Part shown: positions 27,290-39,700 of the stretch, piece by piece
Layout of the letters: every line of letters starts with the position of its first letter
Position numbering within the stretch: the stretch's first letter is position 1
Source: Heterodontus francisci
Taxonomy: Eukaryota
DNA: 64,000 bases
Direction: 5' to 3'
Assembly (NCBI RefSeq): GCF_036365525.1
Contig: NC_090402.1
Coordinates: 9,584,009-9,648,008 of the forward strand
Made by a program: the position numbers and the translations under genes
Notes under the pieces: generated by a model
Database searches by the model: none
The model's input: the letters and a program-made list of their open reading frames with translations, nothing else
Told to the model about the DNA's origin: nothing

Positions 27290-27560
27290 CGACATCTGGC
27301 TGTAAAACTCGCATATTCCATGGCACTATTTTAAAGAAGACCAGGGGGTGCCCTTCCCAGTGTCCCGGGCAACATTTATCATTCAACCAATATTACTGAA
27401 AATAGGTTATCTGGTCATTATCTCCTTGCTGTTTGTGGGAGCTTGCTGTGCACAAATTGCCTGCTGTGTTGCCTATATTATAACAGTGATGAGGAAAAGA
27501 AAAGTACACTGTTGGCTGTAAAATGCTATGGGACACCCTGAGGCTATATAAATGTAAGTC
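27290..27560 (+). mobile_element. DeuSINE 3' half
   Basis: catggcactatttt...tttgtgggagcttgctgtgcacaaatt. Confidence 0.7.
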
Positions 27561-28529
27561 TTATAAGTTTACTTGACCCTTTGTGACTTTGTGTTATTAT
27601 TTATACTGTGAGGAGATAGCAACGTGCAGAATGCTTATCGCTCCAGCACCACGTTATAAGACTAAGTGTAGATTGAAAACTAAAATGCCATTGGTGATAT
27701 GAGCAATTTATATGGTCACTGAGGAAATACCAATCAATGGTTTAAAGTTAGGGGCCTGAGGCCCTCTAGTGATGCTACACAAGAAAGCAAACACCGCATG
27801 CAAAATGACTGACTTTAGATGGGACTTTGGAGAAATGTAGAATTTTTTAAAAAGGGTGTGAGTAAATCAGAGGGTGCCTCTCTTTTCACCAGCTGCGCTA
27901 AGCAAACTTACTCTCAGTTACAGAAAGTTTTGATTATGGTGCCACTTTCACATTTCCATTCCCGCACAAGAGCAAATTGTCTACCCTCTGTGTGTGCAAG
28001 AGGCATCAAGACAGATGGCAGGGCCGCTAATCTCATCTGTTAAAAGGACTTCATTGTCTTGATAACAGAACAGAATGCGCCAGCGCTCCTTAACTTCCTC
28101 AATCCTCTGTGTTTCTATACCGCTCTGCGTTATTACCTCATAATGCTCTGTTTAATAAAACAAGAGAAAAGAGTACCCCCAATTTTTCTTTCAAGTAGGT
28201 CCTTTTGCCAGGAATTCAATAGAGAACTATGCAGACCTATTGAACTGTTCCTCTTTTGTGACTTGTATTGAAAAATTGACAATGAAATACTTGGTGTCTT
28301 AAAAAGCAATGATTTCAGAGCAGATTGTGCCTATTCTCTCTGGCTGCCACTCCCCAGCCACACACTGGTGTCTTTAGAAGCATGAGGGGCCTGCGTTGAT
28401 AAGAATATGCTTTCTGCTGTGGAATCTGGAAAAGTATAAGGTAAGACCCTCAGATAATCGCTTTCTTATCCCAGTTTCAAAGGGGGAAAAAGCTCCATCC
28501 CATAAAATCAGTGACTGAGTGAGAAGCAG

Positions 28530-28985
28530 GAACATACGGAAGAGCGGTGGGCCATTCAGCCCCTCGAGCCTGTGCCGTCATTTAATAAGATCTTGGCTGA
28601 TCTTTATCTCGAATCCATTTACCTGCCTTTGCTCCAGATCCCTTGATCCCTGTACCCAACAAAAATCTATCGGTCTTGCAAGCTCCAATTGACACCCCCC
28701 ATCATCCACGGCCTTTTGGGGAAAAGAATTCAAGATTCCGACTGCCTTTTGCATGAAAAAATGCTTCCTGAATAGCCTAGAATTTTAAAATTCTACCCCC
28801 CCCCATTCTTGATGCCCCTACCAGAGAAAATAGTTCCTCCATACCTGACCTATTGAAGCCTCTTAACTTTCTAAACACCTTGATTAGATCACCCCTTCTA
28901 GCTTCTAATCTCAGAGGAGTACAAGCCAAGTTTATGTCATGTGTCCCCATAACCTTAACCCTTTAAACTCCGGTATCATTCTGGT
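28530..28985 (-). mobile_element. CR1 LINE 3' fragment
   Basis: ggccattcagcccctcgagcctg tail and degenerate ORF2. Confidence 0.7.
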
Positions 28986-29324
28986 ACAGCTTTTCCTCAC
29001 CTGTCCTTAAATCTCTTTATGTGGCTTAGTGCCATTAATGCTCCTGTGAAATGCCTTGGGACGTTTTTTCACTTTGTTAAATGTGCTATATAAATGCAAG
29101 TTGTTGTTGCAGCAAAGAAGTAAAGCGTAACACTGTCCAACATCTCAGAATAAAACATTTGGATTGTAAACAAATAGTTTTGCTTGTCTGAGAGCTAACC
29201 CAGGGCACTATTACTGACAGGTGATGTACAAAATATGAGCATCAAGCATTGCTAGGTTAGGTATGGTATTTTGACAAATACGAGATAAAAATTTCCTTAT
29301 GTTCCCCAAAAAAACTCCAACCCA

Positions 29325-30460
29325 AGAACACAAGAACATAAGAACACAAGAAATAGGATCAGGAGTAGACCATCTGGCCCATCGAGCCTGCTCCACTATT
29401 CAATACAATCATGGCTCATCTTGGGCTTCAACTCCACTTTCCTGCCCACTCCCCATATCCTTGATTCCCTGCAAGATCAAATATCTATCTATCCCAGTCT
29501 TAAATGTATTCAATGATGGGGCATCCACAACTCTCAAAGATTCACCCTTTGAGTGCAGTAATTTCTCCTCATCTCAGACCTGAATGATTGGCCCCTTATT
29601 CTGAGACAGTGCCCCTGCATTCTAGATTCCCCGACCAGTCGAATCAATCTCTCAGCTTCCACCCTGTCCTTTCAGAATCTTGTATGTCTCAATTAGATCG
29701 CCTCTCATTCTTCTAAACTCCAGAGAATATAGGCCCAATTTACTCAGTCTCTCATGAGAGGACAACCTCCTCATTTCAGGGACCAATTTAGTAAATCACC
29801 ACTGCATCGCCTGCAGTGCAAGTATATCCTTTCTTAAATGTGGAGACCAAAACTGCACAGAGTATTCCAGGTGCGGTCTCACCAAAACCCTGCACAATTT
29901 TAGTAAGACTTTTTTATTCCTGTACTCCAATCCCCTTGCAATAAAGTTCAACATACCATTTGACCTCCTAATTGCCTGCTGCAGCTGCATGTTAACTTTG
30001 TGCGTTCCTTGTACGAGTACCTCCCAAGTCTCTCTGAACATCAACACTTACCTTTTAAAAACTATTCTGCTTTTCTATTTTTATGACCAAAGTGAACAAC
30101 TTCACACTTTCCCTACATTATACTCCATTTGCCATCTTGTTGCCCACTCACTTAACCTGTCTAAATCTCTTTGCAGCCTCTCTACATCCTCCCCGCAGCT
30201 TACCTTTCCACCGAGTTTTGTATCGTCAGCAAACTTAGATACATTACTCTCTGTCTCTTCAACCAAGTCATTCATATCGAGTGTAAATAGCTGAGGCCCC
30301 AGCATTGATCCTTGCGGCACCCCGCTATTCACTGCCTGCCAACTTGAAAATGCCCAATTTATGCCTACTCTCTGCTTCCTGTCTGTTAACCAATCCTCTA
30401 TCCATGCTAATATATTAGCCCCAACACCATGAGCCCTTATCTTGCCTAATAATCTTTTAA
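29325..30460 (-). mobile_element. CR1 LINE fragment with RT domain
   Basis: WIEDWLTDRKQRVGIN...SGVPQGSMLGPQLF...SKFADDTKLGG; LVRPHLEYSVQFWSP. Confidence 0.93.
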
Positions 30461-31042
30461 CTTCCGAACAGCATCTCCATGTTTGACTTGCGTGGCATTG
30501 CTGATTCCCACCCCAGCTATCCATGTATTCTGTCTTCAAATACAGCATCAAAGATGAGTGACAAGGAAAAGACTCTGCATTAGGAATAACAGTGAGGCTG
30601 TCCACACTCACCGCTATTATGGAGTAAAGCAGACAGCAAGTTCTGGAGTCTGCATATGTGCAGTTAAACTTGACAATCAGGACGCTGCTGTCTGATTTAC
30701 CCAACTCCTCCATAAGTTTCTCTACACCGGAATCTCATTGATAGATTCTGTATTAAGACACACAAAAGTTATGAAGTTGGGCTACTTACCTACAAGTTAC
30801 CCAGTAAAAGTTAGGGCTGGTGCATTCAGGTGTATGTGAATTTTTAATGGCGTGATAAATCTTAATTACTGGTACTTTTACAAGTGTGGAGCCTCATTCC
30901 TTTAGATTTTTATTATTGTTAGAGATTTTTTAAAATTGTCTCTTTTTTTCTCTCTCTCTTAATCCCATCCTTCTTTCCCTTATTTTATTTGTTTGCTGTG
31001 CATAATTTTACAAGTAATTAAATATTCTCACATATAAAAAGA

Positions 31043-31430
31043 AGACTTACAATTATATCGCGCATTTTATGAACACCGGATGTTCCAAGGCACTGTAGAG
31101 TCACTGTTGTAATGTAGGAAACACAGCAGCCAATTTGCACACAGCAAGCTCCCACAAACAGCAATGTGATCATGCCCGGATAATCTGCTTGTGGGAGGGA
31201 TAAATATTGGTCAGGACAGTGGGAAAAACTCCCCTGTTCTTTTTCTAAATAGTGGCCACAGGAGCTTTTACATCCACCCGAGAGAAATTTGGTTTAATGT
31301 CTCATCCGAAAGACGGCACCTTTGACAGTGCAGCACTTCCTCAGTATTGTACTGCTTTGATCAAGTCCTGGAATGAGGCATGAACTCACAACCTTCCAAC
31401 TCAGGAATAAGATTGCTACCCATCAAACCA
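31043..31430 (-). mobile_element. DeuSINE
   Basis: Reverse complement of the family consensus. Confidence 0.75.
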
Positions 31431-32339
31431 CAGCTAAAACCCAGGTATAGGCTCTTTGTGTCTCAGTGAGGATTCTTCAATCTGATTGGTCGACGAGTCA
31501 CCCTGCTGCTTGCCCTGCTCTTACACACCACAGATCCCCTGTAGAATGCACCATGATGGAAAGGATCTCTAAATATCATAACGTGTTGTTCAAAAGCTCC
31601 TGAAAAGTCTGGGGGCCAGTGTAAGCATAATGAACAGCGAATGCCGTCCCCTTGCTGCTGGACTGCAGAATCCAGGCCAATGTATTTCAACGTACTATCC
31701 AAGCCTGCAGAAAGGATTTGACACCATGTCATAAACACAAACTGATAATGTTGAGTAGATTGCGAGCTTGAATTTCCATTTGAACACCCATTTTGTGTAA
31801 CAAGCCTATGCATTGGTGAAATATATATCCAGTCAGGCACAGATCTGTTGAAGATTTTTTTAATTGTAGAGGTGGCAGTGAAAACCAAAACTTCAATGGA
31901 CAATAAACAAAACTTTATTGCAGATGAGAATTCTGCAGGGAAAGGAGCCACCACTGGTTGGAGCCTGCCTTTGGGAAAAAGATTATAGGAAAATGAGGCC
32001 TTTAACAGCTCCCGTCCCATCTCCTTATCCAGTGAATTGTGCTTGTCCCCACCAAATATTCTACACTTTCATCATTCCACTAATTCTCCCAATCCTACAA
32101 CACCATCACTACCCTTACTTCGTTCCCTCTGAATTACCCACCACTTAAATCCTTTTACCCTCTCTTACCTCTCACTCTGCTGTCACTCAACTCACATTCA
32201 ACCCTCCATCCAGTTACCCTCACTCCCACTCACTTTCTCCCCAGCGTTGGTGGCGGGAAGCTTAATGCCCCCTCCCCCTCAACCTGTTTCCCTCCTCCCT
32301 TTCTTTGTGTGTGTTTCCCTCAAAGAGGCTTTGTTTGCT

Positions 32340-33080
32340 TCAGGGAGTGAGGGGATTGAGGTGGATGAGGTGGTTGGGTTGAATGGAGACAGAGGTGAGT
32401 GATGAGGGGGTTGGGGGTTGAAAGTGGGGTAGGGGTAGATAAGGGAGTTAGGGAGGGAGTGAAGTGATGGCATAGAGAGGCGGGTGGAGGAATAAGGAGA
32501 TGGGGCAGGGTGAGGAGGCTGGGATTGAGGGGGTGGCAGTGCCTCAGGGAGATACGGGCATGGGATGGGGTGGAGAGCAGGGTAGAGAAGTGGGGGGAAT
32601 GAGGGAGTTGGGGAGTTGATGAGGGCCATTGGATTGGGTCGCGAGAGGGTGAGGGGGAATGACTGGGTGAGGAAGTTGGGGAGTGAGGGGGTGGGTTAGT
32701 TGGGGAGGGAGTGAGGGAGATTGGACGCGGAATGAGGGGCTCAGGGAGTTGGGAAGGAAGTGACAGAGGTTGGGGTTGGGTGGCGATGCGTTGAGGGAGT
32801 TGGGGCATGGGTAAAGTGGGTAGGTTATTTGGGGAGGGTGTGAGTAAGGTGGGATGGGGGAATGTGGGAGGTGAGGGAGTTGGGGAGGGGGTGAAGGGGG
32901 GTTGTTGGGGAGAGAGTGAGGGAGATTGGATGGAGGAATGGGGTGAGGGAGTTGGGGAATGGGTGAGTTGGAGAGGGTGTGAGAGAGATGGGAAAGGGGG
33001 TGAGGTGGGCTGGGTTGGATGGAGAGGGGGAATGAGGGAGTTAAGGAGTGGAGGAGGGAGTGGGGTATGATGGAGGTGTG
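32340..33080 (+). repeat. G/A-rich low-complexity tract with many GGG runs (G-quadruplex-prone)
   Basis: Repeated gagggagttgggg/ggggtgaggg motifs over ~750 bp. Confidence 0.85.
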
Positions 33081-33140
33081 GGACGCCTTTCTCTTCCTCT
33101 CTCTCTGGTAGGTTTGTGACTGGGAGGAGGTGACAGCCCA

Positions 33141-33180
33141 GGAAGTGGACTTAACTTTCGTTTTCTCTTTCTCTTTCACT
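33141..33180. promoter_or_regulatory. ETS site plus tandem ISRE/IRF-E array (putative torsin A promoter)
   Basis: GGAAGT at 33141. The minus strand reads AGTGAAAGAGAAAGAGAAAACGAAAGTT, i.e. four GAAANN units. Local CpG enrichment, with a splice donor about 130 bp downstream. Confidence 0.65.
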
Positions 33181-33189
33181 TTTTTTTAA

Positions 33190-33307
33190 TACCAGTTTTA
33201 AATGCGGTTATCGCGCTCCAATAAGTTTGTATGTTAAAAAACAATTCGTTTTCATCTGCTGTTTGGGTGGTGGTCGCGGTGCCAGAAGTTTTGGGAGAGT
33301 TTCTTCA
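33190..33307 (+). other. Putative non-coding first exon of torsin A (5' end approximate)
   Basis: Consensus donor TCA|GTAAGT at 33307/33308 downstream of the promoter motifs. Coding exon 1 has a real acceptor at 36586, so an upstream exon is needed. Confidence 0.55.
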
Positions 33308-33567
33308 GTAAGTGTTAAACTTTCGCCCTCTTTCCCGGTGCGGAGCATCTCCGCTTCAAATCTTTTTACATGAAGCTTGGAGTAGTTGAAACTAGCAGTG
33401 TCTGGGTCAGACCCGGAGTGAAGAGAAACAGGGGAATTATTCGAGCTGCATCCTTAATTTAGGAGTAAATGTAACTTAGGTCCTTTTAAAAATGTATGTA
33501 TTTAATCTGTTAATTGGCTTACTCGAACGATCGTCACCTTTTGACATATGTATTTGCCCATTTTGAA

Positions 33568-33880
33568 GACTTGCATTTATATAGCGCCTTTCAGGAAGTT
33601 GCAAAGCTGCAGTCACTGTGTAGTCACTACTGTAATGCTGGAAACGCGGCAGGCAACCTGCGCACAGCAAGATCCCAAAATCAGCATTGCGGTTAATGAC
33701 CAGATAACTGTTTTAGTGATGTTGGTTGAGGGATAAATAGAAAGATTGCACCTCAGACTGTGCAGCACCCCCTCAGTACTGCACTGGAGAATCAGCCAAG
33801 GCTTTGTGCTCAAGTCTCTGGTGTGGATCTTGAACCCACTACATTCTGACTCAGGAGGTGAGAGTGTTATCACTGTGCCT
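33568..33880 (-). mobile_element. DeuSINE (duplicated at 51444-51788)
   Basis: Family motifs on the minus strand. Confidence 0.75.
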
Positions 33881-34236
33881 AGGCTGTCATGTTTTCCTTT
33901 ACTGTATTGCCACTAGAAAGCATGGATTTCAAAAGGGAAAGTCATGCACGATGAACCTTATTGAATTCTTTGAAGAAGTAACAGAAAGAGCAGGCAAGGC
34001 TAATGTAGCAGATGTATTATTTTTGGATTTTCAGAAAGTCTTCAATAAGGTACCGCACATAAGACTCAAGACTAAAATCAGAGAATGGAAATCAAAACAA
34101 AAAACAGAGCGTATGGGTTAAGGGCAGTTACGCACACCGGCAAAAGGTGGGAAGTGTTGTTCCACAGGGATTGGTGTTGAGATGTTTATCAGTCACAGTT
34201 TGTTTTGAGGATTTGGACTCGGGAATCAGAAGTATA

Positions 34237-34940
34237 GAGGGGAATTTTCCCAGGCGGGGGTTTGGAGACTGCGGGGTGCTGGGAAAATTAGAACAAATGA
34301 TGCCAGACAGGAATGCCAAAGTGTTCCTGCCTCCTGCTGCTTTTCCTGGAGTTGGCTTGTGTGTGCTACTCAACCCCAGAGGGGTGGAAGCCGATTGAGC
34401 TTGTTACTGAATCAATTAGCAGACATTTTGCCAGGAAGATGGTATTTCATCAGTGGCACTGTGCAGCCCCCACAGTGTTTGCACAGTGGGAGGTGGAAGC
34501 CCCATGAAAATAGCATGCAATCTGAACGTAAAGGTGCAAATGGGGAAGCCTGAGGTCATCCGCGGGTGGAGGGTTGCCACTGTAAGAGTAGCTCCTGGAG
34601 ACTGCTGTCACGGACAGTGCTCGGGGTGCAGACATGACTGCTGGTTTCTCAGCCTTCACTCACCTCCATCATCTTTTGATGCCATTCACCTCAGCAGCAC
34701 TCTCAGTACAGACACAGCGAAGGCTGCCGGCCACTCTCTTAACTCAGGCATGCTGATTCACCCTTCACCCTCCAGCCTCCTTACCCTGCCTGCCGTGCCA
34801 AATTAGATGGTGATCTCGCAGGCGGGTTTTTAATTGAGCACCTCCCGGAAGATTGGACCGGCAATCCCGCTCGGGCGGCAATCGGGTTTGCAATCCGAAA
34901 ATGGTCCCGACATCCAGAAAAATTGGGAAAATTCAGCCCA
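34237..34940. mobile_element. Non-autonomous DNA transposon nested in a CR1 relic (duplicated at ~52145-52848)
   Basis: Terminal inverted repeats ggggaattttccc / gggaaaattcagccc; CR1 RT motifs (QHGF...NLIEFFEEVT, LDFQKVF) upstream. Confidence 0.6.
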
Positions 34941-35139
34941 TGATTGGAGGGTGCAGTTAAGACTAAGGAAAACTGCAACAAAATACAACGAGATTAATAA
35001 ATTGCAGAATAGGCATTTAGTTGGCAAATGAATTTCAATATAGGTGATTATGGGATAGAAAGCCATAGATCCAAGTTTGGCAACGTCACAAAGATAGGCG
35101 ACATTATAACCAGTGTAGATGGAAGCGTAAAATTACAGA

Positions 35140-36392
35140 GACCGTGATAGATTCAGTGAATGGGCAAAACTGGCAAATATGAACATACAAACATATGAAT
35201 TAGAAGCAGGGGTAGGCCATTCGGGTCCTCAAGCCTGCCCTGCCATTTGATAAGATCATGGCTGATCCGAATGTGGCCTCAACTCTACTTTCCTGTCTGC
35301 CCCCTATACCCTTTGACTTACTTCTCATTCAAGAATCTATCTAACCAGCCGTAAAATTATTCAATGACCCTGCTTCCACTGCTTTCTGGGGAAGAGAATT
35401 TTGCAGCCTAACAACCCTCTGAGAGAAAGATTTCTCCTCATCTCCGTCTGAAGTGGGAGAGCCCTTATTTTCAAACTGGATTAAAATGGATTTGAATGTA
35501 GACAAATGTGACATCATCCACTTTGAACCTAAAAATAGAACAGGGTATTTGTAAATGGTGAAAAGCTGGAAGCAGTACAGGTCCAAAGCAACTTCGAGTT
35601 CCAGGTACACAGATCGTTTAAAATGTCAAGAACAGGTCCAGAAAATCATCACAAAGGCTATTGGAATGCTGGTCTTGATATCTTAAGAACTAGTGCAGCA
35701 CAGTGGCTAGCATCGCAGCTCCAGTGACCTGGGTTTAGTTCTGGGTACTGCCTGTGTGGAGTTTGCAAGTTTTCCCTGTGACTGTGTGGGTTTCCTCCGG
35801 GTGCTCTGGTTTCCTCCCATATGCTGAAGACTTGTGAGTTGATAGGTAAATTGGCCATTGTAAAAATTGCCCCTAGTGTAGGTAGGAGAAGTGAGGGAAG
35901 GTGGGGATGTGAGAGGGAAAATGGGATTAATGTAGGATTAGTATAAATGGGTGGTTGATGGTTGGCACAGACCAGGTGGTCTGAAGGACCTGTTTCAGTG
36001 CTGTATTTCTCTCTATGACTAGTATACAGGAGGGTAGAAGTTATGCTTCAGCTATACAAAGCCCTGGTTAGACCACACCCAGAGTTACTGTGTGCAGTTC
36101 TGGGTATCTTAGGAAGGATATATTGGCCTTGGAGGAGTGCAGTGTAGAATGATACCTGGACTCTAAGGGTTAAATTACAAGGAGAGATTACACAAACTAG
36201 GGTTGTATTCCCTGGAATGTAAAAGGTTAAGGGGTGATTTGATCAAAGTTTCCAAGATATTAAGGGGAACAGATAGGGTAGACAAGGAGAAACTATTTTC
36301 ACTGGTTAGAGGGTTCTAGGACTACGGTGCACAGTCTAAAAGTTAAGGCTAGACCTTTCAGGAATGAAGTTGGGAAACACTTCTACACACAA
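35140..36392. mobile_element. Nested CR1 fragments with HE1 SINE at ~35695-36020
   Basis: Plus-strand CR1 interrupted by a minus-strand CR1 tail and an HE1 copy flanked by actagt. Confidence 0.75.
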
Positions 36393-36631
36393 AGAGGCAC
36401 CAGTCTAGATTGTTGTACTCAAGTGTTAGGAGTGGGACTTAAACCCACATCTTTCTGACTCAAAAGACAGGAGCGCTACCCACTGAGCTACAGTTAACAC
36501 ACACAAATGTTGAAAGCTATCGTATGTTTAGCAAATTCATCAGAACAGCTACTTAATTTTTCAAAATGTCTCATTTGTTTTTTCAGCCATTCACATGATA
36601 ATAAAACTTACCAGAAGCAGACCTTCCAAAC

Positions 36632-36755
36632 ATGGCAAAGCTGCTTGTTTATGGAACAGGCTTAGCAGTGGTGATAGCATTAGTGGGAATTCTTGCCTAT
36701 ACCTTCATCTGCTGCGAGCGCTGTGACAATAACTGGATATCACTGGATGTAAAAG
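36632..36755 (+). CDS. Torsin A coding exon 1 ([41 protein letters not shown])
   Basis: Acceptor ttttttcag at 36586, in-frame TGA upstream, Kozak aacATGG, hydrophobic segment plus Cys motif and W-I-x-L as in torsin N-termini, phase-1 donor G|gtcaaa. Confidence 0.85.
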
Positions 36756-39700
36756 GTCAAACTTTGATATTTAAATACTGATAATTTAAACTGCTTTCTA
36801 ACTGTGTTTTATTGTAGGATTGTTGGGCTAGTGCTGCTAATATTATTGAAGTGACAATGACTGTGGAAAATGTAAAGCATGCCTTTACTACCTCCAGACT
36901 TGGCTATTGCAATGCTCTGCTGGCTGGCCTCACATCTTCCATACTCTGTAAAGCAGCTCACTCAAAACTTCGCTGCCCATATCCTAACTCGCACCAAGTC
37001 TCTTTCACCTATCACCTATTGTGCTCGCTGAACTACATTGGATCCCAGTCATTTCTCTGTAACCTAGTCCAGCTCTTCAACCCTCCCCGTGCTCCTCTAA
37101 TTCTGGCCTCTTGTGCATGTTCAATTTCAATTTCCCCGCGATTAATGGATGTGCCTTCAACTGCCCGGGCCAAAAGCTCTGGAATTCGCGCCCCCCCCAC
37201 CCCCCCCTCCCAAACTTCTCTGTCTCTCCACCTCTCTCTACATTAAGACACCCCACATAAGCCACCTTCTTTGACCAAGCTTTTGGTCACCTGGTCTAAT
37301 ATCTCCTTCTGTAGCTTGGTGTCAGATTTTGTTTGCTAACACTCCTGTGAAGCATCTTGGGATGTTGCACTATGATAAAGGCACTATATAAATGTAAGTT
37401 ATTGTGGTTATTGTTATGGACACAAGTATGTTCATTCTATCTTTGGACCGACATTCACCTTTCACAGTTGTTACTTAAGGCACGACTAACTAGAAGTCAA
37501 GCTTCAACAAAATACTTGAGAACCAAAGGGTGTCAGAAGTCTCATTGATTCGTGAGCTGACTGTATTTTGTGCAGTTTTAAATGGGAGAGCCCTTATTTT
37601 TAAACTGGATTAAAATGGATTGGAATGTAGACAAATGTGACATCATCCACTCTGAACCTAAAAATTATAGAACAGGGTATTTGTAAATGGTGAAAAGCTA
37701 GAAGCAGTACAGGTCCAAAGCAACTTCGAGTTCCAGGTACACAGATCATTAAAATGTCAAGAACAGGTCCAGAAAATTATCAAAAAGGCTATTGGAATGC
37801 TGGCCTTGATAGCTTAAGAACTAGTGTACAAGGGGCTAGAAGTCATGCTTCAGCTATACAAAGCCCTGGTTAAACTAGACCTGGAGTTATTGTGAGCAGT
37901 TCTGGGTACCACACTTTAAGAAGGATATATTGGCCTCGGAGGGAGTGCAGTGCAGATTTACCAGAATGATACCTGGACTCCACGGGTTAAATTACGAGGA
38001 GAGATTACACAAACTAGGGTTGTGTTCCTTGGAATTTAGAGGGTTAAGGGGTGTACAAGTGCATTCTTGCAGTAGCTCCAGTGATAATATCAAGAAGCTG
38101 CCACTATAAGAACAAGTGATGACATTTCAATATTTATTATTAAATCTTGTTTCTCAATTCTTGTTAGTTGCTAGGGTACAGAGTTTGTGGTATGGAGAAA
38201 AGACAATGGCTTTGATTTTCCCAATATTTAACCAGAGGAAGTTACAGCTCATTCATGACCTGGATGTCAGACAAGCACAGGGTCAGTGGAGACAAGTAGT
38301 GACGAGAATTGTTTTTCAGCAGCATAAACCCCATTGGAATGTAATTGGCAGCAGTGTTAGTTGTGGCTCAGTTGGTAGCATTCTCACTTCTGAATCAGAC
38401 AGTTGCAGGTTAAAACCTAACTCCATAAACTTGGACACAGGTATCTAGGCTGACATCCCAATTCGGTGCTGAGGGAGTGCTGCACTGTCAAGGGTGCCGT
38501 TTTCGATTGTGACGTTAAATCACGGCCCCGTCTGCTCTCTCAGGCGGATGTGTGGGATGCCATGGCACTATTTTGAAGAAGAGCAGGGGAGTTCTCCCTG
38601 ATATCCCGGCCAATATTTATCGCTCAATCAACATCACTAAAAATAATTTATCTGAGTATTATCACATTGCTGTTTGTGGGAGCTTGCTGTGCACAAATTG
38701 GCAGCCGCATTTCCTGCATTATAAGAGTGACTATACTTCAAAAGTGCTTCATTGGCTGTAAAACACTTTGAGATAGCCTGAAGACATGAAAGGCGCTATA
38801 TAAATGCAAGTTTTCCTTTTTAACATGACTTTTCTTTGCTGATTATTAATACAGGATTAGAGAGGGATTTCACGCACAAACTATTTGGACAGCACATTGC
38901 ACGTAAAGTGATCGTCAAAGCGATTAAAGGTTCTTTAAGTACTCCTGATCCCAAGAAACCCCTCACCATGTCTCTACACGGTGACAGTGGCACCGGCAAG
39001 AACTTTGTCAGTCAACTGATAGCACAGAACCTTTACAAAAATGGAATGAACAGCCAGTACATACATGTATTTGTGTCCACCCACCATTTCCCTCATCTGC
39101 AACTCATTAACCAGTATCAGGTAATTATTATGCTTAGTAAGACCTTCATTGTAATGATAGATTCATAGCATCATCAATGCATGGATATAACACAATGCAA
39201 AACCTATAAAAATCTTGATTTATGTTTTATTTTAATGCTGGGTGATTCTTAAACTGAAGTTTGTGGTCATTTTTCTTCTCCCTCATTTATCATGGATTTT
39301 CCAGAACATATACTAATAAGTGTTGGTTATCATCTTTCCTTCACTGGTGCTGGGTCAAAACCATGGAATTCCATACCCAAGAACACTGTGGATGCACCTT
39401 CCCCACATGGACTGCAGCGGTTCAAAAAGGCGGCTCACCACCACTTTCTCGAGAAATTTGGGATAGACAATAGCAAAAGGATATTAATGACATCAAATAA
39501 GTGTTGTAAAATAAAAAAAAAATGTTGAGGTGAAGCAAGTCCACTATTGTGAGACAGTTTTCTTTTAATTCTGCAGAATCAGTTGCGGGCTTGGATTCGT
39601 GGAAATGTTACGGTATGTCCCAGATCAATGTTTATCTTTGATGAAATGGACAAGATGCATCCAGGCCTCATCAATGCTATCAAACCTTTCCTGGACTACA

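Noticed and set aside
31463-32020. 185-aa minus-strand ORF
   Set aside because: No recognisable domain, and it partly overlaps repeat-like sequence.
32279-33179. Pro/Ser/His-rich ORFs on the minus strand
   Set aside because: Low-complexity G-rich tract that lacks stops by composition.
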